From Amoebidium appalachense (lineage: Eukaryota; Protista; Ichthyosporea), in NCBI GenBank assembly GCA_963693365.1, contig CAVNZM010000012.1, positions 8,064,001 through 8,128,000 of the forward strand: 64,000 bases of DNA, given 5' to 3'. The translations under genes and the position numbers were made by a program. Below, in pieces: positions 1 to 13,927 of the stretch. Position 1 is the first letter of the stretch. Every line of letters begins with the position of its first letter. Under the pieces are notes generated by a model, which had not been told where the DNA came from, ran no database searches, and saw nothing but the letters and a program-made list of their open reading frames with translations.

Positions 1-981
1 GTATGTAAATACAACCTGGGTTGTTATGAAACGTTTTATGAAGATAAAACTGGCACTATTTGGATTTCCATTTTGCATAAATGATATTTCTGTGTACTGT
101 GAATAAAAAAGGGTAAATGGGAGATTGAGAAACGACAACACTTTGCTTCTTGATGCACGCTGTGATTGGCCAGAGCCAGAAGGCATTCTGAATCAATGTT
201 GTGTGGTGGTACCGGTCCTCCTCAGCTTTAGTCTAGCCCGTAGCATTAGCAATAAAATAAAAAACTAACATACTTTTAAAAAAATTCTCTTTTAATATAT
301 ATTTTTAAGTCTGCTAGCGTATGCTTCTCATGAAGTAAAAAAGGTTCCCTTTATCTGGACATAACCATTGACTACTGCGGCAATGCACAGGTATAGTATC
401 ATACCGGCCTGTAATTATGGTTTGGTTGAATATCATGCAAGCAATTTGCCTAGAAGCTTGCTCATCATGCGGGCCTTCCCCTTACCCGCTGTGCCTCTCT
501 CACTTCGGAAGTGTCTGAGACCGAGATTTTTTATGTTCTGCAACTATAACCCAAAAAGAGCCTATAGACGTGTATGATCGAGGGTAGCCCGCTTGGAATT
601 GCCTGCAGAAGACCTGAGCATGTTATAGTCGACGTTAACCTAGACCTAAATCTAAGAAGCTTGGTTTTGACGTTTGACCTAAACAGACCACCGACAGAAC
701 ACAGTCCCATTCTGTACTGTTAAATGAATTTTTTTCTCTTTTCTACTCAGGTGCCTTTTTGAACTTTGAGGCAGTTGGCTACACAAACACCAAAGTGCAC
801 CCAATCACCCTCCCACCCACCCACCCACCCACCCGCCGGCAACCACGCACACGCACGCACGCACACATACACCGGACACAGATACACCAACACACCAACA
901 CTCGCACACACACACACACGCGCATACCAGCACACACCTACACACCCACAACCCACGGCACAGGATAAACTGAAATCTGCC

Positions 982-2178
982 ATGCCGTGGCTCGACCGTG
1001 TCCTCCACACTCACCGAGTGCTGGATCCAAGCTGCTTACCATGGATAGAGATCGAAATGTTCCCTTTCGCAGAGACGCTTCAAACACAGGAAAAACCACA
1101 TAGTGAACCAATCCTCTCCGCTAGTCCACCTTTAGTTGAAACCACACCTTATCCCGTGAGCGACACGAGGCACTATCGAGAATACGCCGCTGTGAGGGTG
1201 TTGAGCAAGACACCAAGAGCCACGGTAAAATTGATGCGTCATAGGCCAAGTGGTCATCTGGTGGTGTTCAAATGTCAGCGAAAGAAAAACGAAATTGAAA
1301 TCTCGAAACTAAAACATGAAGCGAGTATGCACAGCCGCTGTCATCATCGGCACATAGCCAAGCTTCTTACGACGTTTGACCTCGAACATGAGTTTATCCT
1401 TGTCGTCGAATACTGCTCTGAGGGCACGCTGGGGGAAGTGCTGCAAAGGCATCGAAACACGGGTGCCAATGTAGCGAGATTAGCAAACAGCTCATTTTAC
1501 CAACTGGTGTGTGCTGTTTCTTTTCTTCACGAGCATGATGTTGCACACGGGGACCTGAAACTTGAAAACGTCGGTGTAGACCAACACGGAAGCATTAAAC
1601 TCTTTGATTTCGGTTGTGCAGATGCTCTTTCTTCTCTAGACCAACAGACTGTACAAGGAAGAACAATGTGGAGAGTGAAAGGCACGCCGCTGTTTATGGC
1701 ACCCGAGTTGTGCGACATGCAACCGAATGGTCATGTTAACGCGGAATTCGACTTAAGAGCAGTAGATTGCTACGCCCTTGGGGTTATAGCAGTTCTCCTT
1801 CACACGGGAGAATTGCCATTATTTCTATGTCACAAGCAGAACATCGGAGCAACTTCGATACCAGTTTCGTGCCCGTCAGAAAAACTTGCTCAGTCGTTGC
1901 GAAACATCGCCCTTCAGCTATTATGCCTCGACCCAGTCGAGAGAATGACCTCGGGGAGTTTAGTTTACGAACTGCAGAAGAATCTTCCCGAGTACGAGAG
2001 AGGATTGGTGCGTTCTGCCCAGTTTCAAGCAAAGGATGTGTCCCTGTGGTGTGAGGATGGGAAGGAGGAGGACGGACAACCGGCGTCGCCGAAAAAGGGG
2101 AGGAGTACACGGGAACATGAGAGGAAAAGTAGGGGGGTGATGGGGTGGAGGGTTAATAGGCAAATAGCACCAGCGTAG
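982..2178 (+). CDS. Ser/Thr protein kinase, CAMK-like, divergent; apparently single coding exon
   Basis: ORF 766-2178 has VVFK (beta3 Lys), KHEA (alphaC Glu), VVEYC, HGDLKLEN, KLFDFG, GTPLFMAPE, DCYALG and the subdomain XI Arg (ERMT). First ATG after the CA-rich low-complexity stretch is 982; the true start or an upstream exon is uncertain (acceptor-like AGs near 750 and 963). Confidence 0.8.
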   Translation: MPWLDRVLHTHRVLDPSCLPWIEIEMFPFAETLQTQEKPHSEPILSASPPLVETTPYPVSDTRHYREYAAVRVLSKTPRATVKLMRHRPSGHLVVFKCQRKKNEIEISKLKHEASMHSRCHHRHIAKLLTTFDLEHEFILVVEYCSEGTLGEVLQRHRNTGANVARLANSSFYQLVCAVSFLHEHDVAHGDLKLENVGVDQHGSIKLFDFGCADALSSLDQQTVQGRTMWRVKGTPLFMAPELCDMQPNGHVNAEFDLRAVDCYALGVIAVLLHTGELPLFLCHKQNIGATSIPVSCPSEKLAQSLRNIALQLLCLDPVERMTSGSLVYELQKNLPEYERGLVRSAQFQAKDVSLWCEDGKEEDGQPASPKKGRSTREHERKSRGVMGWRVNRQIAPA

Positions 2179-3166
2179 GTTGCCGGCTACTGTAGTTACT
2201 TTTGATAGATTTTAGTAGTGATAGCTTTTCCTGCTCCTCTGCATTGAACGCCTTGTTTGTGGCATTATCTCCTGTCCATGTTATGGTGGTTGGGCAGGGT
2301 GGAGCTGAATGCTGGTTCTTTCTTCGAATGTTTTTCGAAACTCGACTTAGCTCTCGAATGTAGTTGGTTCACTCCTATTTGGCCTTCACTTTATATTTCT
2401 TTCTGAGGCCTCCAATCTCTACCCCAGTTACCGTAAAACTTAAAACGAACTACTAGTATAGTGGAATGAGTTTCGTTTAAATTAGACAGCTCGACTCGGT
2501 GCTGTGGTATGACGTTCGCCATAGATTAGCCGAACTTATAAGAAGTAGATGGGCCACGTTTTAGTTCAGCAAAGTGCGGTCTGAAACTTTGGTTCGTAAC
2601 GGACCATTCTAAGTGGAGTGTTGCGCCTGTGGCGCACCTGTGCTGATGTTTTCCTTCTTCAATGGCTCATTCTCTACATACTGGCGTGTGTCATGTTGAC
2701 GGCCAAGGTCCAATATTGATCAGGCAGACTCCATGGTTTATGTGTCATCGGAGGAGAAGATCTTGGCGGTTACAAAAAATTTGACAATAGTTGTGGCGGC
2801 CGCAAAGCAGAATTGGGCCAAACGGCCACAGGCTGAAGGCGAGCAAAGGTGTGCGCTACCGCGTGTATGGGGTTTTGTGTGTATGACTTGTGTGTATGCG
2901 TTTGTGTGTCACCCGGCAGTGTGCATATAGCAGGGCGGGGGAGGCCCGGGGGGGGGGGGGGGGGGGACTTGTGAAACATCCACCATGGCCAGGTTCCCTC
3001 GTGCGCAGGAATTAAAATTTTTTTCCTGAGGCCTGCAAAAAGGAGCGGTGCACACCGCTTTCCACACACAAGATTATATACACACAAGCACACGCACACA
3101 CAAGCACACGCACAAACACATTACTGTGCGTGTGCACAAACTTCGATACGCTCTCCCCCCCCCCCC

Positions 3167-3204
<38 letters not shown>

Positions 3205-3352
3205 TTCTCCCCGCCCCACACACACCCACACCCACACACACCTCCCTCCGGAAAATATCCACCCAGAAGAAAAACTTTGTGAGAACGAAAGAACGGAAAA
3301 CAGCGGAAGTCTTTTTGGCTGAACCGAAGTTGGCACGACTTAGCACAGATGC

Positions 3353-3482
3353 ATACATACACAAACACAATTTAGAGGAGCCCACAAGCACACGCAGCAA
3401 CACGCACACTCCGCACGCATGCATACACAAACACAATCCGGAGGAGCCCACAAGCACACGCAGCAGCACGCACACTCCGCAC
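3353..3482. repeat. Two-copy 66-bp tandem repeat
   Basis: gaggagcccacaagcacacgcagca.cacgcacactccgcac at 3375 and 3441. Confidence 0.8.
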
Positions 3483-5046
3483 CGTGGAGGAAAACGAAAA
3501 AAGAAATGAAGAAACGGGGCCCACAGCACAGTGTATGTCACTGCACGGTTTCTCGTCCAGTACGGATATAAAAGCAGTCACTGCAGACAGAAAAACTTAC
3601 GCACGCACAGGATAAGGGCAAAATCCCTATGCTTAGGCCTAAGCGTGTTCGGCCCTGTTCGGCCCCCGATTCACCCGTTGAATACCAAACCTCTACTCGC
3701 CACCACACCTAATATCTAGACACAAGCGGCTGCGTAACACCAGATTTACACAGGTACAAAGTTTCCTTGTCCAGAAACGGCTTTGCAGACGGCTTCCTTC
3801 AGACGACAATCGGTAACTCTGGTAAGCTGCTCAATTTATCTTTCTAGACACCCGTATATGCAGCGTTCTTCTTTCTGTGACAAGACTCTTGGTGTAACGT
3901 TCATTTTAAATTTGTGAACTTCCGGGTGCTCATTGCTCAGCTGCGGCGGTTGCGTAATAGACTAAAGTGTCCATAAAAGGACCGAGGAATTTACAGAAGC
4001 AATTCGGGCGCCGATGGCATCAATGTGAATTTTGTTCGCTGTGCTGTTTATAAGAATTTGTTGATTAAATGATTCGTTCTAGTTGGATCGTTATGGTTTT
4101 AAAGCGCTATCTGTGTTTAATGTTATCAAGAGATTCTTTGACCGTTTGTTTCCTCTTACAGTACAGACTGCGACAGACTGCGACAGCACAGAGATCCGCT
4201 GAAAGTTGTCACTTCAAATGTCGATCCTGGGAGCCTGTTTGGCTTTTAGGGTGAACTTTTTATAGACACTCCTGGCCAGAGGCGTAGTTCAATCTAGGCG
4301 GAGGCAGTGAACAGACGACTTAAAGAGCCGAGCATTTTTACAGTTTTTTTTTTTCCACACGTGGTTGGGCAGCAGCCGAGCGCCTTGTTGATGGCGGCGG
4401 CATCAGAGGGAATGATAGGCCCATAGTGTTCGGCAACGATCGTATGTTTCCCTGCATAATTTGTGAGAGGGCTTGCTGGGGATCAGTTTTGATCCTTCCA
4501 AGTGCTCTGGTGAATTTCTAGCCTTTTATGCTTATTTTTTACTCCAGAGTGCTTGGATACCTGTCTGCTCTTCGCATAGTTTGTGGAAAATAACTTGACA
4601 CATGTGAAACACCAACTAGCTCACGTGCCGGCCTTATGTTATGAAGGCCGTAACAAGTTATCTTGCTTCATGACGCTTAATTTAGAGCGCGATGATGCGT
4701 CAGAGCTGCAGGTTAAATTGAAGCCGTGGCTACCCTTTTTCTAACCAGCTGATCTGTGCTGCAGTTAGGCCAACCAAAGGGTTCTTGACGTTGCTTTTCA
4801 TGTTTTATAGCAAGATACAACTATGGATAGGGTGATAGCTCACAGCTGGGCTTAAATACAAGCACGAAGGCTGTTCGAAAAGCTACCACCCAACGCACTC
4901 AACCAGGCACAAAGCGGGGCACACGTTCTAAACGGGCACTGAGATCGAGCTTTGTCTGAAGGAAACGCTTGATGCCCACTGTTTGGCTAACTCTTGTCAC
5001 CCTACACAGAGGACAGTTGTTCTGAGGCGTTCGTAAACTTTATAAA

Positions 5047-6507
5047 ATGGACGTGCCGGAGGACGATGACGACCTTAACTTCGGCCTGGATGGAGGTATG
5101 TGTGTGTGGATGTTTTTTGTTGTTAACATTTGCTTGCCATCTGCTGCTCTGTGCTGCACCGTGTTTTCTGAAGGAGTAAAGGTGTCTGAGTCTTTTGCAA
5201 CTTCTGGAGCTGTGTTGCTCACAGTTGGCTATATGGTCGGATATAACTTTCATTCTGTCCCAGAGTTTTGCTTGTTTCACGCCTGACACTGTTTTCAATT
5301 TGTTGCTTAAGGGTTTGTGCTGGCCAAGAAGTTTCGCTTGTTCCATGCCTGGCAGTCTGTTTAGATGTGTCATTTGTGGCTGCTGTATAACCTTCTCACA
5401 CTTGCCAACCGGTTTCGCTTGTTCCATGCTCAATACTCTGTTTTTCTGTGTTATTTTTGGTTTTGACGTTCCATTCCTGGTTCCACAGATGAGAGCTTGG
5501 CAAATGCTCTTGGAGAGTCACTCCCCGATTTCGATTTCGACGAGGATGCAGATTTGAACTATGGGGGCGATAACCTGAACGGGCAAGACAACAACGGCAC
5601 ACAGTTCAACGGGCAGAATTTCGAAAATGACCTCTCCCACCCGGATTCTCAGGAGGGGTACGAGGATGCCGGGCAGAGAAGGCAATCCCATGTCTCGGCT
5701 GCTTCGGCCAAGGACGATGGTGAACAGAATGGCCAGCAGGTGAACGGAACAATGACCATGCCGACGCCCAGCGCTGGGTTACAGTTGAACACGCCACAGC
5801 CTGGCACACCGAGCACGGGGCAACATGCAGGGGGCGGAGAGGGGCTTACCCTCCAGCAGAGGATGATACAGCAGCAGATTCGATTGTTTGTTCATGCGAG
5901 AGATTGCAATGGGTGCCAGTTGCAGAATTGCGCCCAGACAAAGCGCATGTGGGTGCATATGAAGAGCTGTCGGTCGGATCCATGCAATGTTCACCAATGC
6001 AAGGCGTATAAAAGCATCATGACGCATTTTCAAAACTGCCAGTCGGTTGATTGCCAACTGTGTGGGCCTGTCAAGGTGAGTGTTTCCTTTTTTTTTTTGC
6101 TTAGTTTCGTGCAAGAACGTGTGGGTTTCTGTGTGGGTGGTTTCTCTGCATTGTCTTCTTTCGTGCTGTTTGTTGTGATGATAGTTCCCTTGATCACAGC
6201 AATCGCGGATTGGGGATGGAAGGTAGAAATGTGGATAGCTGGGGTAGGTAGGAAAGGCAGAGCAGGGGAACTGGTTGTCTGTTAGTTTTATTGAAAAAAT
6301 TTTAAGCTTGCACTTTGTTACTTCTGGTACTGTTTCTGACGACTTTCTTTCCTCCCATTTGCAGGATGAGATGCGGGCAGAACATCAAGGTGAGTACAGA
6401 TAGGCCCCATTATCATTCTTATATATCTGGCTGATCCGTGGTAACATTAGGATACATGTCCGCCTATCACCCATGAACGCACAGGCAACAGGCGCGCATA
6501 TGCGCCG

Positions 6508-6593
<86 letters not shown>

Positions 6594-6609
6594 GCGCACG
6601 CACGCACAA

Positions 6610-6674
<65 letters not shown>

Positions 6675-7296
6675 ACACCACACCTACAAACACAAGCATA
6701 TCCACATGCACATGCACGTAGACAGTGTATAGTTGACATGCGGTACACAATGGGTGGCACCTTGTTTTTGCAAGTCAGGCCCGTGTTCTGTTGCAACGTA
6801 GCTAACGCTTGCACTGTGCTTCGTTTATGTTTTGTGTGGTGCTAGTTGTGGGTTTTCCATGGGCAAAACGGCTCTGGGAAACCCTATTGATGTCTTATGC
6901 AGTTGCTTGTGTTGTCCGTCATGAGTGTGTACTTCTTACTCTATAACCAATTGTTATCCCCCCCCCCCCCCCCCCCCCCCGGGCGTCCCTTCAGAAATTA
7001 GATCTAGAGGAGGTACGGAAGGGGAGAGGGAGGGGGAGGAAAGAATAGCGAGAAAGAGAGAGAGAGAAAGAGAGAGTCTGTGTGTATGTGGAAAGGAAGC
7101 AAAAGAGGGCGGGGAGGGGGGGGGGGGGGGGGGATGGGGAGAGACATGAATGCCTTTTGGTTGTGCTTCTTATCCACTAACATACGTCTTAGCAGCAGCT
7201 CAACAAGGGGGGTCTAATGCGGGCTCAGAGGTGGGTATTTGTGTCTGTTCGCGTATCTGCATTGCTGGGTCGTGTTATATCTGTGTGTGTGTGTCT

Positions 7297-7346
<50 letters not shown>

Positions 7347-8094
7347 GTGCTTGTGTGTGTGTGTTTGTGTGTGTGCTTGCTTGCTTGTGTGTGTGTGTGT
7401 GTGCTTGTCTGTGTGTTCACGGTTGCATCTGTGGTGTGGGAACGTGTTTATGGTGCTGTTGACATTGCGATGGTGTACACCCGTGCCTATGTGCGTGGTT
7501 TTTCTTTTGCATGTATTTGTTTGTGTCGGTTGAATTCTCTCCGTTTGTGTGGTAGCTTGTGTGCTTGTGAGTGCTTATGTTTTTCTGTGTTCGAGCGAGC
7601 CTCTTGGGGTGGGATGGGGGGGGGGGGGGGGGGGGGGGGGGGGCTGCCTGTGTTTTGTGTGGGGGGGGTGTGGGTGCATGCAAATGTGTATGGTGGGTGT
7701 GTCTTTTGCTCCATGTGTGACATCCGTGCATGTCTCTGTGAGGATGGAGGGTGTTAAGCATGGTAGAGGATGATGGATTGGTGTGTATGTGTGTGCGTGT
7801 GGGGAGGGGGGGGGGGGGGGAGGGGGGGGGGGGGGGGGGGAGGGTTGTTAGGGGGAGGTTAAGAGGGGAACGGGTGTAACCGTGAGTGCATGTGAACCGT
7901 TAACATGGGAATATTTGGTCTTTTGTCTCTGAGTAACATGCTTATGGGCAGATGAATCAGGGGGGCGAGGGCGTGTGGCCGCAAATGGCTGCACAGCACC
8001 GGCAAAAACTCACTCAGCGCTTGTATGCCTCCCCCCCCCCCCCCCCCCCCCCCTTCCTTCCCAAAAAAACAAAAACAAAAAAAAAACACACCAC

Positions 8095-8151
<57 letters not shown>

Positions 8152-8920
8152 GCTGCCACTCTAACCACCACCACTAAAATGTGCATTGAGTCATTCATCG
8201 TGAATGTGCACTTCGTAAGCTGTAACACACCTCAACCCCCCTTTCCCCATCCTACCGCCCCTTAAAGGAATTATACCGATAAATGATATAAAAAATAGGA
8301 TTACATAAAACAACATAAATGCTATGTAGATGTACGCCCTTGGTGAGTGGCTTCAAGATGCATAGAATTTCTGACTGTGTTTCCACCCGTCCCCCCCCCC
8401 CTCCCCCCTCCCCCCCTTGCACCATGCTTCTCGTCGTGTATGCGTACTTCGTACCGTGTTCCGCATTCAAAACCCCCCCAGTCTTCTTTCAGAGGTGTCC
8501 TTTCAGGACAGACCACTGTGTGGAGACCGCTTTACTTCCATGCAACCGGGCATGGTTGCTCTGTGTCGTGCATCTGTAAGCACATGTGCATTTTTCGCTG
8601 CACTGCATTAGTTTGCACACATCTTCACCGTTTTGCTCACCTTGCTTGCATAAGCAACCCTGCTCGTCTTTGATCAAGACGGGTTGACCCGCCCAAGTTC
8701 AGTTGATGCTGCTGTCTGAGTTGGAGCGTCGTATATACGCGGGCTAAGGGGTCGAAACTCAGACGCAATTGATGACTTGGGTCCTCCCTGAGGATGGGCT
8801 CTGCTTATGACGCATACTGTGCACATGGCTGATGTTGCATACTTGAATGTTTGCCTTTGCATGTGTCCTGCACCATGCTTCTCGTCGTGTATGCGTACTT
8901 CGTACCGTGCTCCGCATTCA

Positions 8921-8965
<45 letters not shown>

Positions 8966-10042
8966 ACCACCACCACCACATATTACCTAACGGAAAATCG
9001 TCGTTCTTTCCTTTCTGCTCATTTTTGGTTTCTGCCGACTCTCTGTGTTGCCTGTTTGACCAAGGGACACCTGTTGAGACTGCTAGCCCCCCCCCCCCCC
9101 CCCCCCCCCCCCCCCGCCCAGCGGGGGGAAATGTGATGTGTGACTACACACGATATCCATAACTGATACACTCGTTCTGGTTGCTGCTCTTGCCTTCCGT
9201 CTACCGATTTTGCTTTACCCCTCGTATACTCTGACATGCTCAGGCGCGCACATGTGAACAAACACATTCGCATAATTTTTTTTTTTTATTGTATCTCTAT
9301 GCGCAAGATAGCAATTTCGTTGCACATAGCGCTCTCCTAAGGCCCAAGACTTTTTCTTTGTGTGTGTGTGTGTGTGTGTGTGAGGTGTTGTCATTACGAC
9401 GTCCATTTTAAGCACATTGACGTCAGGTACAATGCTTGCCTTTGCCTTTATATGCTGCAGTATCTTATCTTATAAATTGTGCATCTGCCATATAAAGGAA
9501 CCCTAGAGAAATGCTTGCTTAGTCTTTAAAGCAACCACCCCTACTTCCATTTTAGCAGCTTGGTGGCGAGCCACATTGGTGACGTCATTCTGTGCACAAT
9601 CTCCATGACGCCAGGTAGCCGAGATCTGAAGGTCATATGTCGACATCGGCAATGTGACACAATTTGAGTGTCTTTCTTGATTGGTGAGATGCATTTGAGA
9701 AAATGTGGCTCTCGGGAAGACGTTAAAATGGGAGAAGTGGTGGTTGATTTAACCCCTGGTGTTACTTGTGCCTACAGGATGGATGCATTGAGAGAGGTGC
9801 TGCAAGAGAGGGACGAGTCCAAGTTGCAGGATGTGGCTGAGCGCATCGAGACTCAGGTCTACCAGACTGCAAACGACCAGGTAAGTGGGTGTGTGTGTGT
9901 GTGTGTGTGTGTGCGTGCGTGCGTGCCTGTGTGTGTGTGTTTTTTTTTTGTGTCCTATCACAAGTGGTGTCATGTGTTTGTGGCTTTTGGGGTCCTAGAG
10001 GTGTGTTTGGGGGGTTTTTTTTTTTTTGTTTTGTTTTTTTCT

Positions 10043-10083
<41 letters not shown>

Positions 10084-10319
10084 TATGCATGTAGGATGTA
10101 GTAAATAGTGTGTGGGAAACACAGAACTGAAGCGTGGGAAAATTGGAGGATGGGGGCGAGGTGAAATGTACAGTATGGTCCGTGACATATGTCAACTAAC
10201 ACACATGAATGCATCAGGACCACTACTACCACATGCTGGCCGAAAAAATATACAAGCTCAAGAAGGCCCAGGAAACAAGAAGTGCACAGCCAGGCACCCC
10301 GGGTATGCTGCACGTTTTT

Positions 10320-10364
<45 letters not shown>

Positions 10365-10945
10365 TTTTTGGTGTGTGTGTGCACGCGCGCTGATGCCCGC
10401 CCACATGTGTAGGTGCATGTGCATGTCCTTTTGCGTGTTTTGTGCCTTCGTGGGGATGCCGCTATGTGCATGTGCATGCGTGAGACTGCTTGTGCATGTG
10501 CCTGTGTGGATGGGTGGGTGGGTGAGCCGGCTTGTTATCGTGTTTGGCAAGCATTGTTCGGATATATGTAGCATTCTTGTCATAGCCATTTTTAACATGT
10601 AAGTAGTGTGTGCGTGTTAGGGGTTGGATGGGTTGGTGGTAGGGGTGTATGTGCATGTGTGTCTGTGTGTGTTTTTTGGGGGGGGGGGGGGGGGGGGGGG
10701 GGGGGTACATGTGCACCACCCACACATCACACACCACTTGCCCTAATGCCCCCCTTTTCCTTCTATCTACACAAACATGCACGTGCATGCAAACATTTGA
10801 ACACACAAAACATATGCACGTACATGCTCCCGTATCCCCCCCCCCCCCCCCCCCCCCCTCTTTTTTTAAGGCCTCTGTTCAAGTGTCTTCTTTTGTTGTT
10901 GCTCTTTTTTGTCTCCTCCATTTTTCCAACCCTCTAACGCATACA

Positions 10946-10985
<40 letters not shown>

Positions 10986-12415
10986 TCCTCCTTTTCCTGG
11001 GTGTATGGACCAAAACTCGTTTTCTCTGGATTACACTTGGGCCACCCTTGACTCGAGTAGGGTTATATTAAAGATGTATACTGTGTTTGTGCTCTCTTCT
11101 GCAAGTATTGCAAACGCTAACACTCCCGTTCCTCCCCCACCACGCCTCCTCCCCCGCACTCCATCACACGCACACGCACACACGCACGTACACGTACACA
11201 CAAATACACACACACACCTACACACACGTACACACGTACAGCCGCAGGTGGTGGCAACATGAACCCGCTAACACCAGGCAGCCTCATGGGCAACTTGGGT
11301 GGGCCTCCGACTCCCGGCCCAGGAAACGTCAACGCCACGCAGGCAATGATTGCCCAGTCCCTCCGCATGCAACAACATCCACAACTCGGCATGAGCCTGA
11401 AACGTTCCGCAACAGAAGACGATGAAAATCCACAGCGCGCAAAGGCAATGCGCATGGAAAACGTTGGAACCCCCGGAGCGGGAAAATTCGACCCGATGAC
11501 CCCATCCTCCCCAGGAGCAGCGATGAAGAGGGAGAACCAGTCGCAGCAGCTTGCGAAATTACAGGAGCTCATGTCGAGCCCCCAATTTGCGTCGCAGCTA
11601 CGGATATACCTGGCGCTGATGAAAAAGCAACAGGGGGGTCAACCTTTAACCCAACAGGAAGGGGCGGCGTGGGCGCAACTTAACCAACTTCCGCAGTTGC
11701 GCGCTGCTGCGCAAATCGTTTCGCAGGTGAAACCGCGAACACAAGGAGACCAACATGGAATGATGGTCCCTGGAACACCGAGCACGCCTGGAAACAGCCT
11801 CATTGGGGGTATGGGAGGGGGTAGGTTTGACCTCTCTGTTCCGCCGAGGTACACTGGCGATGATGTGGCGAGGGACATGTATGAAATTCACCAGGACCTG
11901 ATGCAGCACTCGGATGCGGAGTTGTTTAATGGGTCCGGGGATACGGTAGGTGGTTTTGAGGATCACCGGGGAAGGGATGAAGGGAGGAGGAGAAAGGGGG
12001 TGGTGGTGGTGGTGGTGGTGAGGGGGGGAGAGGGGGGGGGGGGGGGGGGGGGGGGGGGGATGGGGGGAGGGTTGTGTTGTGTGTTTGTGCTTTGTTGGTG
12101 CTGTCAGTCTTTCTTTCTTTCTTTTTGGGAGGGGGGGGGGGGGGGGAGATGGGTTGTTGGGTAGTTGTATGTAAGCGGTTGCCGGTGTATGAGTGCATAT
12201 ATTCAAATGTTGCATGCCTGTGATATCGTGTAGGTTCGGGAGATGTGCATGTGTATTTTCATATGTATTTGCCTTTCCTCAGCATCAGTTGTAAGCCCTT
12301 ATACATGGGTGCGATGTGTGTGATGTGGAATTGGGTGGGATGCACTCAAGTGTAACTGTTGTGTTTGTGCGTGTGTCCGCATGCGTGCATTCGTGTGTGC
12401 GTCCATGCATGCATG

Positions 12416-12499
<84 letters not shown>

Positions 12500-12571
12500 T
12501 GTGTTGGTGTGTGTTGGTGTGTGTGTGCATGCGTGTGTGTCCGCATGCGTGCATTCGTGTGTTCGTCCATG

Positions 12572-12639
<68 letters not shown>

Positions 12640-13467
12640 GGTGTGTGTTGGTGTGTGTGTGCATGCGTGTGTGTTTCATGTGTGCGTGTGTGTGCGTGCG
12701 TGCATGTGTGTGTGTGTGTGTGCATGTGGGCGCGTGCTTCTGTAACCCATATGCGCCTCCCACGACGTTGGTTCGTGCTCTTTCATCAACAACTGCATGC
12801 GCCGTGCCCAAGTCCCTCTCTGTTGGTGCACAATATCCTGTTACTAACAAATCACCTTTATCTCGAGCAGGGGGGTTGGACTTGAATGCGATACGAGAAA
12901 AGTTGATGCGAGGGGAATACATCGACCACCAGGAATACTGCACAGACGTGCACTTGGTGTTTGCAGGCCCAGCGGCCCAGCACCCACCCGGTAGCCTAAT
13001 TCACAATCGGTGCATGAGCGCGTCACACTATTTCCAAGAAAGTATGTTGTCTTCCCTGCATCCTATCCCCCATCACCCACCCCCTCGTACAATAAAATGG
13101 GAAATAAATAAAAATTAACATGAAACACCACCAGCACACACATGCACGAAAGTGTGCGCGCTCACAGATGTGCGCGCCGTGCGCGTGCGCTGAAGGACGG
13201 ACACACACGCGCACACACACACGCACATACACGCAAGCGCAACCACATGCCCATGTACAACACACACGCACACCACCGTTACCACCACCAAATCCCTCTC
13301 GGCTCACTTTGCCCATGTAACCCTTTCCCTTCTTCTTCCCCTTTCCTCTCCCTCCCGTTCTTCTTATTTTCCCACTTCAAAAGGGCAAATAAACCAACAC
13401 CAAAACAAAATAGAATACCAACCAACCGAAGAATTGAGACGTGCGTGCGTGCTTGCGTGCACACATA

Positions 13468-13531
<64 letters not shown>

Positions 13532-13854
13532 CACGCACGCACGCACGCACGCACCCCTATCTTCACCACCCCACACTTACACCTTCTCTCCTTCTGCAGT
13601 TGCGATGCCTAAAATGAAGGATCTCGGGTACTGCTGTGCCACATACCAAACATACACACCCACCGCCTACTGCTCTGGTGCCCGGTGTGCGGGGGTTACA
13701 CTCATAGGCCCAGACCAACCCCACTGGATTGGCTCTAGTGATGAGTATGTCCCCCTGTTATCCCAAGTGTTCTTTGTGCACGTGCGCATTTGCTCGTGCC
13801 CATGTACCCATGCATGCATATGCACGTACACACAAATGCAGATTTGTATACACG

Positions 13855-13927
<73 letters not shown>

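Noticed and set aside
2733-3509. Possible small gene between the kinase and CBP
   Set aside because: Short ORFs with no recognisable domain, partly built from repeats; unsupported.
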